Part shown: in pieces, positions 63,596 through 64,000 of the stretch | Numbering within the stretch: the stretch's first letter is position 1 | How the letters are laid out: each line of letters starts with the position of its first letter | Assembly (NCBI GenBank): GCA_963789065.1 | Contig: CAWBKA010000014.1 | Span: 114,171 to 178,170 of the forward strand | Length of the DNA: 64,000 nucleotides | Reading direction: 5' to 3' | Source: an uncultured Verrucomicrobiae bacterium | GTDB lineage: Bacteria > Verrucomicrobiota > Verrucomicrobiia > Chthoniobacterales > JAFAMB01 | Made by a program: the position numbers and the translations under genes | The notes under the pieces: model-generated | Databases searched by the model: none | What the model was told of the DNA's origin: nothing | Seen by the model: only the letters and a program-made list of their open reading frames with translations

Positions 63596-64000
63596 CGGTT
63601 TCCTTGAAAGGAAACCGCGAAGGGATCCGCGATTTCCTCACTGGAAACCGCAGATCTCGAAAATAATTCTCATGCGCTCAATTATTCACCGACAAGGCTC
63701 GTTCGTCCAGAGCCTTTAACCGCGGCTAGTTTCTCCAACCGATTCGTGTGAGAATTCTTATCACGACAGAACTTCACCTGCTATCGGCTTGGCCAACCTC
63801 CGAAAGTCTTTCAACGGCTCAACCGCTGTTTCCATGGTCGTTGGCTACTGCGGCACAGGCTCTGATAGAGCCGTTGCGAAGCATTAGCTGCACATGGTAC
63901 ATTTACCGCTTCTCTCGCGGCTGACCGACAAACGTGGCCGTAGGAAGCATCGATTTCGCGATCGCAGCTGCCGTCTGCGTGTTCGGCGCTTGCACGGCAG

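Noticed and set aside
59205..64000. Prophage
   Set aside because: Only an integrase, an HTH gene and IS elements are visible; no structural, terminase or replication genes in the window, so it is called an island edge only.

Overview
Bacterial chromosome segment, most likely Verrucomicrobiota: it carries the PVC-superphylum small basic signature protein at 30759-30914. Positions 1-50 kb are mainly housekeeping genes: uppP, parC, parE, bioF, proC, a MacAB-like ABC exporter, recO, lpdA, a glycosylation cluster, Fe-S assembly genes, miaA, secA, pyrE, ridA, lpxD, tmk, holB, clpS, speA, PBP1A and trmD. Positions 50-64 kb are an accessory region around tRNA-Pro(TGG), tRNA-Pro(GGG) and tRNA-Glu(CTC). 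It holds an Xre-RES toxin-antitoxin pair, a HAF-repeat protein, an RHS fragment, a stand-alone EF-G domain IV-like ORF, a disrupted tyrosine integrase, an IS256 remnant and an intact IS630. The most striking signal is non-coding. Nearly every intergenic gap holds nested, polarised repeats: (i) 7- or 8-nt tandem arrays arranged head-to-head, often starting inside the last codons of the flanking gene; (ii) GTAG- and GTGA-footed REP hairpins, with a RAYT (TnpA-REP) gene at 26422-26892 bracketed by two inverted REP arrays; (iii) a 9-nt-periodic CACGGAG MITE-like family. Many genes between about 28 and 47 kb have single-base frameshifts that are probably long-read consensus errors. All calls come from reading motifs by eye; no database searches were run.
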